Source: Rhizorhabdus sp.
GTDB taxonomy: Bacteria > Pseudomonadota > Alphaproteobacteria > Sphingomonadales > Sphingomonadaceae
Assembly: GCF_018006725.1 (NCBI RefSeq)
Contig: NZ_JAGMXV010000001.1
Span: 6,831-70,830, forward strand
Length of the DNA stretch: 64,000 nt
Direction: 5' to 3'
Part shown: piece by piece, positions 30,128 through 38,541 of the stretch
How the letters are laid out: every line of letters begins with the position of its first letter
Numbering within the stretch: position 1 is the stretch's first letter
Program-made: the position numbers and the translations under genes
The notes under the pieces: model-generated
What the model was told of the DNA's origin: nothing
Seen by the model: only the letters and a program-made list of their open reading frames with translations
The model's database searches: none

Positions 30128-30509
30128 CGTCTCAATTCCCGCGGATATCGCTGATCCGCCGCTGTCGTTCCTGTTGATGCTCCCATCGCATTGAGCGGGC
30201 GCGGGGCGCCATTCGGGGTTACCCGCAATCCTTTGCGGATTGTACGGACGAGAGGCGGTGACGCGCTAAGCTATCGGTTCCCAGCGTCGCGTCAGATGAC
30301 GATGATGATCCCGAGGACAGCAAGGAAGTGCTGGCCAGTCTGCGCCGCGCTGAGGACCTCAAGAATCTCGCCGAGGCGCTGGGCCTGCCGGATCGCGTGG
30401 GTTTCTTCGACTCACGGACGACGTGGGCCGGCTCTGACGGTTGCCCCATCGCCCGCACGTCCTTACATCGGGCCGTGATGCCATGAGGGTCATTCGCGAA
30501 GGGGCTTAG

Positions 30510-30812
30510 ATGCTGGTTCTCCTGTTGCAGATCGTGGACATGCTGCTGGGCGTGTTCACCTGGATCGTGATCATCCAGGGAATCATGTCCTGGCTCGTCG
30601 CCTTCAATGTGATCAACACCTATAACGACTTCGTCCGGCAGGTGCTCTTCGCGCTGCAGAAGATTACCGAGCCCGTCTACCGCCCCGTGCGCCGCATCAT
30701 GCCCGACTTCGGCCAGCTCGACCTGTCGCCACTCGTCGTCCTGCTGCTGATCTATATCGCGCGGATGGTGATCGGTTACGGCATCGTCCAGGCCGCCTCG
30801 GCGGGCGTCTGA
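30510..30812 (+). CDS. YggT family protein
   Basis: 'SWLVAFNVIN', 'TEP.YRP.RR', 'DLSP'. Confidence 0.92.
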   Translation: MLVLLLQIVDMLLGVFTWIVIIQGIMSWLVAFNVINTYNDFVRQVLFALQKITEPVYRPVRRIMPDFGQLDLSPLVVLLLIYIARMVIGYGIVQAASAGV

Positions 30813-30838
30813 CGGTCTGGACTCATACGGCGGACGGA

Positions 30839-31126
30839 TTGAAGCTCGCCGTCCGCGTCACGCCGCGCGCCGGCCGGGACGCGATCGAAGGGATCGCGCG
30901 GGGAGACGACGATCGCGGCTGGCTCATGGTCAAGCTCTGCGCGGCGCCCTCCGATGGCGCGGCGAATGAGGCGCTCGTCCGGCTGCTGGCCAAGGCGCTG
31001 GGCGTGGCGCGCCGGGACGTGACTCTGGCCAGCGGCGCCACATCGCGTCTAAAGAGGCTCGACATACGGGGTGATCCGGCGCGTCTCGCGGCCGCACTCG
31101 AAACCATCGTCAGGGACAAGGCATGA
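30839..31126 (+). CDS. DUF167/YggU family protein
   Basis: 'VRVTPRA', 'APSDGAAN', 'GATSRLK'. Confidence 0.88.
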   Translation: MKLAVRVTPRAGRDAIEGIARGDDDRGWLMVKLCAAPSDGAANEALVRLLAKALGVARRDVTLASGATSRLKRLDIRGDPARLAAALETIVRDKA

Positions 31127-32016
31127 GCGCGGACATCATCGACGGCAAGGCATTCGCGGCAGGGCTGCGCGGGCGTGTAGCGGCGCTGGTCGGCCCGTTC
31201 CGCGATCAGGCTGGTCGCGCGCCGGGCCTCGCGGTGGTGCTGGTCGGTGAAGATCCCGCGAGCCAGGTCTATGTCCGCTCGAAGCACAAGGCGACCGTCG
31301 AAGCGGGGATGGAGAGCTTCGAGCACCGCCTGCCCGCCGATGCGACGCAGGACCAGCTTCTGGCACTCGTGCGCCAGCTCAACGAGGACGACCGGGTGGA
31401 TGGGATTCTCGTCCAGCTGCCTCTGCCCGCTCCGCTCGACGAGCAGCAGGTGATCGCGACGATCGATCCCGACAAGGACGTCGACGGCTTTCATGTCGTC
31501 AACGCCGGACGGCTGGCGGTGGGCCAGCCCGGCTATGTCCCCTGCACGCCCCTCGGTTGCCTGATGCTGCTCAAGGACCGTATCGGCGATCTGTCGGGCC
31601 TGAACGCTGTGGTAATCGGTCGCTCGAACATTGTCGGCAAGCCCATGGCCCAGCTGCTGCTGGCCGAAAGCTGCACCGTCACCGTCGCGCACAGCCGCAC
31701 CCGCGACCTCCCCGAGGTCGTCAAGCGCGCGGACATAGTCGTCGCGGCGGTCGGCCGCCCCGAAATGGTGCGCGGCGACTGGATCAAGCCCGGCGCTGTG
31801 GTGATCGACGTCGGCATCAACCGCGTGCCCGGCGCGGAGCCCGGCAAGACCCGGCTGGTCGGCGACGTCGCCTATGACGAGGCGGCGGCGGTGGCTTCGG
31901 CCGTCACGCCGGTACCCGGCGGGGTCGGGCCGATGACGATCGCCGTCCTGCTCCGCAACACGCTGGTCGCCGCGCATCGCCGCACGGGCGTCGCGCTGGC
32001 CCCGGACGCGATCTGA
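31123..32016 (+). CDS. folD: Methylenetetrahydrofolate dehydrogenase/cyclohydrolase
   Basis: 'YVRSK', 'KDVDG', 'GRSNIVGKP', '[11 protein letters not shown]'. Confidence 0.98.
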   Translation: MSADIIDGKAFAAGLRGRVAALVGPFRDQAGRAPGLAVVLVGEDPASQVYVRSKHKATVEAGMESFEHRLPADATQDQLLALVRQLNEDDRVDGILVQLPLPAPLDEQQVIATIDPDKDVDGFHVVNAGRLAVGQPGYVPCTPLGCLMLLKDRIGDLSGLNAVVIGRSNIVGKPMAQLLLAESCTVTVAHSRTRDLPEVVKRADIVVAAVGRPEMVRGDWIKPGAVVIDVGINRVPGAEPGKTRLVGDVAYDEAAAVASAVTPVPGGVGPMTIAVLLRNTLVAAHRRTGVALAPDAI

Positions 32017-32679
32017 ATGTCGCTGTTCGAGCCCGACATGCTCGCGCTGTTCCTGTCGGCTTTCGTGACCCTGTTCGTGGTCATCGACCCGCCGGGCTGC
32101 GCGCCGATCTTCGCCAGCCTGACGCGCGACGCACCGCATGGGCAGCGGCGTTCGATGGCGATCCGCTCGACCGTGATCGCCACCGTCCTGCTGCTCGTCT
32201 TTGCGCTGGTCGGCGAGAAGTTGCTGGCGACTTTGGGCATCAGCCTCGATGCCTTCCGCATCGCGGGCGGCATCATGCTGTTCCTGATCGCGCTGGAAAT
32301 GGTGTTCGAGAAGCGCACCGAGCGCCGCGAGGGCCGCGCCGACGAGATCAGCCGCAAGGCGGCCGAGGAGCGCCGGCCAATCGAGGACATCTCGGTCTTC
32401 CCGATGGCGATCCCGATGATCGCCGGTCCCGGATCGATCGCGACGGTGATGCTGCTCGTTTCGCGCAGCCATGGGCTGCCGCAGACCTTCGTCGTGCTCG
32501 CCGCGCTTGCCGCCGTACTGACTCTGACCTTGGTTGCGCTGCTCGCCGCCGGGCCCCTGATGCGCGTGCTGGGGCCGAAGCTCGAAGCGATGATCACCCG
32601 CGTGCTCGGCGTGCTGCTCGCCGCGCTTGCCGCGCAATTCGTGATCGACGGGATCAGGACGTCGTTCGGCGTCGCCTGA
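32017..32679 (+). CDS. MarC family membrane protein
   Basis: 'FVVIDPPG', 'FRIAGGI', 'PMAIPMIAGPGSI'. Confidence 0.92.
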   Translation: MSLFEPDMLALFLSAFVTLFVVIDPPGCAPIFASLTRDAPHGQRRSMAIRSTVIATVLLLVFALVGEKLLATLGISLDAFRIAGGIMLFLIALEMVFEKRTERREGRADEISRKAAEERRPIEDISVFPMAIPMIAGPGSIATVMLLVSRSHGLPQTFVVLAALAAVLTLTLVALLAAGPLMRVLGPKLEAMITRVLGVLLAALAAQFVIDGIRTSFGVA

Positions 32680-32700
32680 CCGCAAGGGTCGGGCTATCTC

Positions 32701-34515
32701 TCAGCGCACCATCTTCCAGAGCCGGAAGGGCGAATTGGCCGGAAGTTCGACCGGTTCCAGCCAGTCGGGCACCGCTCCATCGATCAGCTGGCTGTAGAAG
32801 CCCTGCGGCGCGCGTGCGCGGTAGATGGTCGATTCCGCCATGCCGGGGCAGAGCAGCAGCATCGTCGCACCCCGCCGCCGCATGACCTCATGCGCCACTT
32901 CGGGCGACGTCGCGCGGAAGGCGTGGTGGACGTCGAGGATCGCAGCGCCATTGCGATGATAGGGGCCGGCCACCGCGCTATGCTTCGTGATCGCGATCAG
33001 GCGCGGCCCCAGATCGACGAAGGTCAGCATCGTCGCGCCAGGCAACCTGTCCAGCTGGGCGAGCGCGGGCAAGGTCACGCAGCGGCGCGGCTTGCCTTCG
33101 GTGCGGGCGACGACCTTCGCGCGCTTCTGCTCCTTGGCCGACTTGGGCAGCATCGCGGCGAACTGAGCCAGCTGACCCGAAAGCGCGAAGAAGACGAGCA
33201 ATGTCCCGCCGACGCGGACGAGCGAGGAGCTCGAATCGAGCAGGCGCGGCAGCAGCAGCCAGCCGAGCCAGGTCGCGCCGAACACCGCCAGCAGCTGCGC
33301 CTGCGGGCCGAAGCGCGACTGCCAGCCGAGGCCGGCGGTTGCCAGCAGGCTGAGCAGCGCCAGCGTCGCCCAGACCGGCCCGGCGGCGGTACCGCGCGAG
33401 CGCCAGGCCGCCAGCATCGCGCCGATTGCCCCTATGATCGGCAGCCAGCTCGTCTGCAGGGCGTCGCGCCAGGGCTTGGCGTAGATCGGCTTGACCTCGC
33501 GGATGTGCGAGAACCAGAGCTGTTCGAGCTCGGGCGAAATCGCCTCGGGCCGTCCCAGGCATTGCGGGAAGCTGACCGCGTAGAAGCCGGCAATGGCCGC
33601 GCCAGCGAGGAACAGCAACGCCAGCCGCAGCATCCGGCGGTCGCCGCGCAGGAAGCTGAGCGCGGTCATCAGCGCCGATGTCAGCAGCAAGGTCGACAGA
33701 TAGACCGGCGACAGGACGTCGCAGACCATCGCGCGATTGTCGTTCGAGGCGAAGGCGGCGAAGCCGATCGCGCAGCCACCGCCGAGCGACACGGCATAGC
33801 TGCGCAGCCGCTGGGCGTCGTCGGGCGCGCCGATGATCGCCCAGCGCAGCGCGATCGACGCGCCCGCCACCGCCATCAGCGGGATCAGTTCGAGGCCGAT
33901 GCTGAGCGAGAAGGCACTCGCCGCCCCGGCGAGCACACCGCCGCGCCGGGCGGACGGGTCGGCGATCCCCGCCACCACGATCAGCAGCGACGCCAGCTGC
34001 CAGCCATGATGGTCGATGCGCAGCGGCATCCACATGAACAGGGTCGTCTGCGCGCACATCAGGATTGCGAAGGCGACCGGATAGGCGCGGGGGTGGATGA
34101 TGCGGCGGGTCGTGATCACCAGCGCCCACAGCGCGGGAGCGAGCGCCAGCATCGGCGCGACCGCGACCGCGATCCGCTCGGCGGTGAACGCGCCGAACAG
34201 CGGCTGGAAGAGCAGGATCAGTCCGGCGATGGGCAAGTCGACGATCCGCGACCAGTGGACGTTCAACCCCTCGGGCGGTGCCAGCTTATACTGGCGCAGG
34301 TCGAACCAGCCCTGCCCGCCGAGCCAGGCCTTGACCTCGGCGAGGCGCAGATTGTCATCGGTGTCGCTGAGCGCCAGCCAGCGGATCTGGCCCCATTTAT
34401 AATAGAGGAAATAGACGCAGGTGCCGAGGAAGAGCAGCCAGATCATGCTGCGCCAGTGCCGTTCGATCCACGCCATCATGCGGTCTTCGAAAGCGGTCTC
34501 GGGCTGGTCCTGCAT
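32701..34515 (-). CDS. Polytopic GT-C-type membrane protein (STT3/AglB-like motifs)
   Basis: Many TM helices plus a C-terminal soluble domain; 'DTDD', 'RIDHHGWQ', 'HIREVKP', 'FVDLG' motifs. Confidence 0.6.
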   Translation of the reverse strand: MQDQPETAFEDRMMAWIERHWRSMIWLLFLGTCVYFLYYKWGQIRWLALSDTDDNLRLAEVKAWLGGQGWFDLRQYKLAPPEGLNVHWSRIVDLPIAGLILLFQPLFGAFTAERIAVAVAPMLALAPALWALVITTRRIIHPRAYPVAFAILMCAQTTLFMWMPLRIDHHGWQLASLLIVVAGIADPSARRGGVLAGAASAFSLSIGLELIPLMAVAGASIALRWAIIGAPDDAQRLRSYAVSLGGGCAIGFAAFASNDNRAMVCDVLSPVYLSTLLLTSALMTALSFLRGDRRMLRLALLFLAGAAIAGFYAVSFPQCLGRPEAISPELEQLWFSHIREVKPIYAKPWRDALQTSWLPIIGAIGAMLAAWRSRGTAAGPVWATLALLSLLATAGLGWQSRFGPQAQLLAVFGATWLGWLLLPRLLDSSSSLVRVGGTLLVFFALSGQLAQFAAMLPKSAKEQKRAKVVARTEGKPRRCVTLPALAQLDRLPGATMLTFVDLGPRLIAITKHSAVAGPYHRNGAAILDVHHAFRATSPEVAHEVMRRRGATMLLLCPGMAESTIYRARAPQGFYSQLIDGAVPDWLEPVELPANSPFRLWKMVR

Positions 34516-34617
34516 CGCGCCCGCTTAGGACGAGCTTGCACCTGCCGCAACGGCCTTGGCGCTCCTTCGCAAGGCTCGTTGCGCTATTGTTAGGCTGGCG
34601 TTCAGCTTCGGAATGCT

Positions 34618-34725
34618 GTGTTTCCGGTCATCCGGAAACGGACACGCGGGGATCGGACTGGCAATTTCCACCCCACGGGAGGCGCTCCTTCGGGGTTCCC
34701 TTGCCCCGGGGAGCGTGTTCCTCCC
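34618..34725 (+). ncRNA. Candidate structured RNA (three tandem hairpins), either an sRNA or the gtrA leader
   Basis: Stems GTTTCCGG/CCGGAAAC, GGGG/CCCC and GGGAGG-CGCTCC/GGAGCG-CCTCCC in a 273-bp intergenic region; strand assumed. Confidence 0.35.
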
Positions 34726-34788
34726 TCGTCGGCGTCTCCTATTGCGGACCGCTTGTCGCTTCTGCGCTTTTGTGGAAGAGCGCGACCG

Positions 34789-35205
34789 ATGTCCGACATC
34801 CCGATCCTGTCCCGCGAGCGCATGGCCCTGCTCGGCCAGTTGGTGCGCTATGGCGTCACCGGCGCGCTGGCCTCGGTCGTCAACATCGGCATCTATCACG
34901 CGCTGGTGCAGCTGGCGGGGATGCACCCCAATCTGGCCTGGACCTTCGGCTTCGTCGGGGCCGCCGCGACCGGCTATGTCATCCATGGCAAATGGAGCTT
35001 TCGCGGCCATGGTTCGCGCGACCGGCAGACGGTCCGCATCCTGCGCTTCGCGATCGTCTCGCTGATCAGCTTCGCACTCAACAGCCTGTGGGTCTGGTTG
35101 CTGGTCCAGCATATGGACCTTCCGATCTGGGCCCCCTATCCCCTGGTGCTATGCGTGACCCCGCTTCTCGTCTTCTGGCTGAACCGCCAATGGGTGTTCG
35201 AATGA
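34789..35205 (+). CDS. GtrA family flippase
   Basis: About 138 aa with 4 TM helices; 'LVRYGVTG', 'WSF', 'NRQWVF'. Confidence 0.88.
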   Translation: MSDIPILSRERMALLGQLVRYGVTGALASVVNIGIYHALVQLAGMHPNLAWTFGFVGAAATGYVIHGKWSFRGHGSRDRQTVRILRFAIVSLISFALNSLWVWLLVQHMDLPIWAPYPLVLCVTPLLVFWLNRQWVFE

Positions 35206-36194
35206 GCACTCTGCCTTCTTCGACGCCGCTTCTGTCGGTCATCGTTCCCGTGAAGGACGAGGAAGACGCGGTTGCGCCCTTCGTGACGCGCATGTCGCGG
35301 GTGCTCGACGCGCTCGTCGATCCCGAAGGACGGACAATTGCCTGGGAAATCCTGTTCGTCGACGACGGCAGCAGCGATCGGACGATGGCGGCGATTCTGG
35401 TCGCGCATGAGGCTGATCCCCGCGTGCTGGCGCTTTCCCTGTCGCGCAACTTCGGCAAGGAAGCGGCGCTGTCTGCTGGCATCGACAATGCGCGCGGCCA
35501 GCTGGTCATTCCGATCGACGTGGACATGCAGGACCCGCCGGAGGTGATCGGCGAGATGATCGCCAAATGGCGCGAAGGTTATGACGTGGTCTATGGCGTG
35601 CGCCGCAACCGCATGACCGACAGCCTGCCCAAGCGGCTCACCGCCGATCTTTATTATCGGGCGCACAACTGGCTGTCGAAGGACAAGATTCCCGAACATG
35701 CCGGCGACTTCCGCCTGCTCGATCGCCGCGTCGTCGAGGTGATCAAGCGGATGCCCGAGCGCAACCGCTTCATGAAGGGGCTGTTCGCCTGGTCGGGCTT
35801 CCGCCAGACGGCGGTCGAATATGACCGCGCCGAGCGCGCCGTCGGCACCACCAAGTTCAACTATTGGAAGCTGTGGCAGCTGGCGATCGACGGGATCACC
35901 TCGGCCTCGACCGCGCCGCTGCGGGTCTGGTCCTATGTCGGCGCGCTGATCGCGGTCATCGCCTTCGTCTATGCCGTCTTCATCGGCGTCCGCACGCTGA
36001 TCTATGGCGCCGACGTCGCCGGCTATCCGTCGCTGATGGTCGCCACCCTCTTCCTCGGCGGCGTCCAGCTGTTGTCGCTCGGCATCCTCGGCGAATATGT
36101 CGGTCGGATCCTCGTCGAAACCAAGAAGCGGCCGATCTACATCGTCCGCGACCGGATCGGCTGCCCCGATCCTGAAGCCAGGGACCGTGCCTGA
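35202..36194 (+). CDS. GtrB-like GT2 polyprenyl-phosphate glycosyltransferase
   Basis: 'VDDGSSD', 'RNFGKEAA', 'DVDMQDPP', 'GDFRL', two C-terminal TM helices. Confidence 0.92.
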   Translation: MSTLPSSTPLLSVIVPVKDEEDAVAPFVTRMSRVLDALVDPEGRTIAWEILFVDDGSSDRTMAAILVAHEADPRVLALSLSRNFGKEAALSAGIDNARGQLVIPIDVDMQDPPEVIGEMIAKWREGYDVVYGVRRNRMTDSLPKRLTADLYYRAHNWLSKDKIPEHAGDFRLLDRRVVEVIKRMPERNRFMKGLFAWSGFRQTAVEYDRAERAVGTTKFNYWKLWQLAIDGITSASTAPLRVWSYVGALIAVIAFVYAVFIGVRTLIYGADVAGYPSLMVATLFLGGVQLLSLGILGEYVGRILVETKKRPIYIVRDRIGCPDPEARDRA

Positions 36195-36925
36195 TGGACC
36201 GCGCCGCCTATGACCGGATGGCAGAGATCGACAAGGACCATTGGTGGTTCGTCGCGCGTCGCAAGATCATCGCCGCGCTGATCGAGCGCCACCGTCCCAA
36301 GGCCGGACCGCTCCGCATCCTCGAGGTGGGCGCCGGCACCGGCTCCAACCTCGCCTTGCTCCAGCGCTTCGGCAGCGTCGATGCGATCGAGCCCGACGAC
36401 GATGCGCGCGCCTTTGCCGAGCAGCGTAGCGGCCTATCGATCAAGGGCGGCTATCTGCCCCATGTTCCGCTCGACGATGGCGCTTATGACCTGATCGTGC
36501 TGCTCGACGTGCTCGAACATATCCCGCAGGACGTCGAGGCGCTCGCCTATCTGCGGACCAAGCTGGCGCCGGGCGGGCGCATCCTCGTCACCGTGCCGGG
36601 GGCGCCGTGGATGTGGAGCGCGCACGACGTCGCCCATCATCATCAGCGTCGCTATACCGGACGGCAGCTGCGCGAGACGTTCCAGCGCGCCGGCCTGGCG
36701 CCGCGCTTCCTGTCGCATTTCAACACCCTGCTCTTCCCGCTGATCGCGCTGGTGCGCCTGATCGGCAAGGTCACCGGCAAGGAAGGCGGCGACGATGCGA
36801 TGCCGTCGCGCCCCGTCAATGCCGTGCTGACCGCCCTGTTCGGGGCGGAACGTCACTGGGTGGCGAGCTTGAGCATGCCCTTAGGCGTGTCCATCGCGAT
36901 CGTTGCCGCTCCGACGATGCGATAG
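36194..36925 (+). CDS. Class I SAM-dependent methyltransferase
   Basis: 'HWWFVARR', 'LEVGAGTG', 'LDVLEH', 'H.RRY'. Confidence 0.9.
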   Translation: MDRAAYDRMAEIDKDHWWFVARRKIIAALIERHRPKAGPLRILEVGAGTGSNLALLQRFGSVDAIEPDDDARAFAEQRSGLSIKGGYLPHVPLDDGAYDLIVLLDVLEHIPQDVEALAYLRTKLAPGGRILVTVPGAPWMWSAHDVAHHHQRRYTGRQLRETFQRAGLAPRFLSHFNTLLFPLIALVRLIGKVTGKEGGDDAMPSRPVNAVLTALFGAERHWVASLSMPLGVSIAIVAAPTMR

Positions 36926-38469
36926 AGCGCGCCGCGCTCGCCGCCGTCCCAGACCAGCTTCAGGGTCGGGTCGTTGACCGGCCAATGGTCGCGCGACGCG
37001 TTGATCAGCCAGAGATAGTCGAACGCCTGCCGTGGAAACAGCGCCAGCGAACTTTCGATGCTGCGCGCCCAGCGCGCACGGCAATGGCGCGGGCGCATCA
37101 CCTGGGTCGGATCCTCGGCATAGCCCTTGGCCGGGGCATAAGCGATGCTGAGCAACTGTGCGCCGGGCATCGTCCACTGGCCGTTGACGAAGGCCTCGCG
37201 CCGCACGATCGCCATCGCGCCGAGATGTTCGAGACGGGGGGACTCCCAGCGCGACAGGCACGGCAGTTCGACCAGAGCGAAGACCCGGCTGTGGCGCTCG
37301 ACATGGTTGAGTGCCTTGAGCTGGCTTTCCTGAAAGTCGGAAAAGGCCGCGAAGCGGTCGGTCGATTGCCACACGCGGACGCCGAAGATCAGCAGCGCCA
37401 GGATCGCGACGGCGTTCAGCGCCGTCCGATTGGTGAAGCGCGGGACCAGCCCGATCACGCCGACCGCGATGACATAGGGGGCGAGCCGCATGTCGGCATA
37501 GGCCGAACCGATCACGATACGCGGCATCAGCACATAGGCGATCACGAGGACGAGCGTCGCCACGCCCAGCGTCCGCCGCATGTCGAAGCCGATCTGCCGC
37601 CAGCCGATCGTCGTCAGCCCGAACAGCACCAGCAGGATCAGCCCGCCGACCAGAGTGATGTCGAACGTCATCCAGTGGTTGCGCAGCGACGAGATCAGAT
37701 AGACGTACTTCGCCTTCCAGTTGAACCAGTCGGTCGTCTGACCCTGGACGTCGCCCGATCGCCAGGCAATCATCAGCAGCATCGGTGGGGCGAGCGGCAG
37801 GCAGTGGAGGCTGCCCCGCCACAGTGATTCAAAGAAGCTGCGGCCCTCGACGTCGCGCATGCGGACGATCTCGGCGGCGAAGGCGAGCAGGCCGAGCACG
37901 CCCCAGGCAAAGCCGTGCGCCAGCCAGATCAGGCAGCCGAGCGGCAGGAAGATGATCGCGCGCAGCCGGATCCGGCTCATCCGCGCGAGATAAAGCCAGA
38001 GGGCGAAGGCGTTGAGCGCCAGCGCCATGGCGAAGACATAGTTGATGAAGCCCCACTGGAAGGGCCAGCAATAGGCGAATGGCAGCACGAGACCGGCGGT
38101 CGCCGGCAGCCGGCCATGGACCTCGCGCGCGACCAGCAGCAGGCCGGTGACCGTCAGCGCCGGTACCGACATGACGATCAGCTTCACGCCGAGTTCGAGC
38201 CCGAACAGCTTGGACATCGGGATGATCAGCAGGTCGACGCCGAGATTGCCCATCAACGCCCAGCGGAACCGATAATATTCGGTCAGCAGCGGCGAGGAGG
38301 GGTCGGCAAGTTCGACGCGGTAGCGGCCCATATGGCCCATCAGATCGACCAGCGGCGGCACCGGCGGATGAAGCAGCGGCACGACCGACAGCAGCGCCAC
38401 GAGGACGATGTACCAGCTGCTCGTCCACCAGCCGGACGGGGGCGTTACAGGCGGAGTGGACCGAAACAT
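36853..38469 (-). CDS. Polytopic membrane protein, probable GT-C glycosyltransferase
   Basis: 'PPLVDL.GH' in the first loop, 'WGFINY', many TM helices and a C-terminal domain. Confidence 0.55.
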   Translation of the reverse strand: MFRSTPPVTPPSGWWTSSWYIVLVALLSVVPLLHPPVPPLVDLMGHMGRYRVELADPSSPLLTEYYRFRWALMGNLGVDLLIIPMSKLFGLELGVKLIVMSVPALTVTGLLLVAREVHGRLPATAGLVLPFAYCWPFQWGFINYVFAMALALNAFALWLYLARMSRIRLRAIIFLPLGCLIWLAHGFAWGVLGLLAFAAEIVRMRDVEGRSFFESLWRGSLHCLPLAPPMLLMIAWRSGDVQGQTTDWFNWKAKYVYLISSLRNHWMTFDITLVGGLILLVLFGLTTIGWRQIGFDMRRTLGVATLVLVIAYVLMPRIVIGSAYADMRLAPYVIAVGVIGLVPRFTNRTALNAVAILALLIFGVRVWQSTDRFAAFSDFQESQLKALNHVERHSRVFALVELPCLSRWESPRLEHLGAMAIVRREAFVNGQWTMPGAQLLSIAYAPAKGYAEDPTQVMRPRHCRARWARSIESSLALFPRQAFDYLWLINASRDHWPVNDPTLKLVWDGGERGALYRIVGAATIAMDTPKGMLKLATQ

Positions 38470-38541
38470 CGCGAATCGGCCTTATGTCGCGCGGCGGGCG
38501 ACGGCAAGGGGGCAGCGACCGGCGGCGGAACCGCCTTTGCT

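Noticed and set aside
32701-34515. RND efflux (AcrB-like) interpretation of the polytopic proteins
   Set aside because: About 600 aa with no RND periplasmic repeats; motifs and context fit GT-C
34789-36194. Prophage-borne gtrAB serotype-conversion cassette
   Set aside because: No integrase, tRNA, att repeats or phage genes; codon use looks host-like
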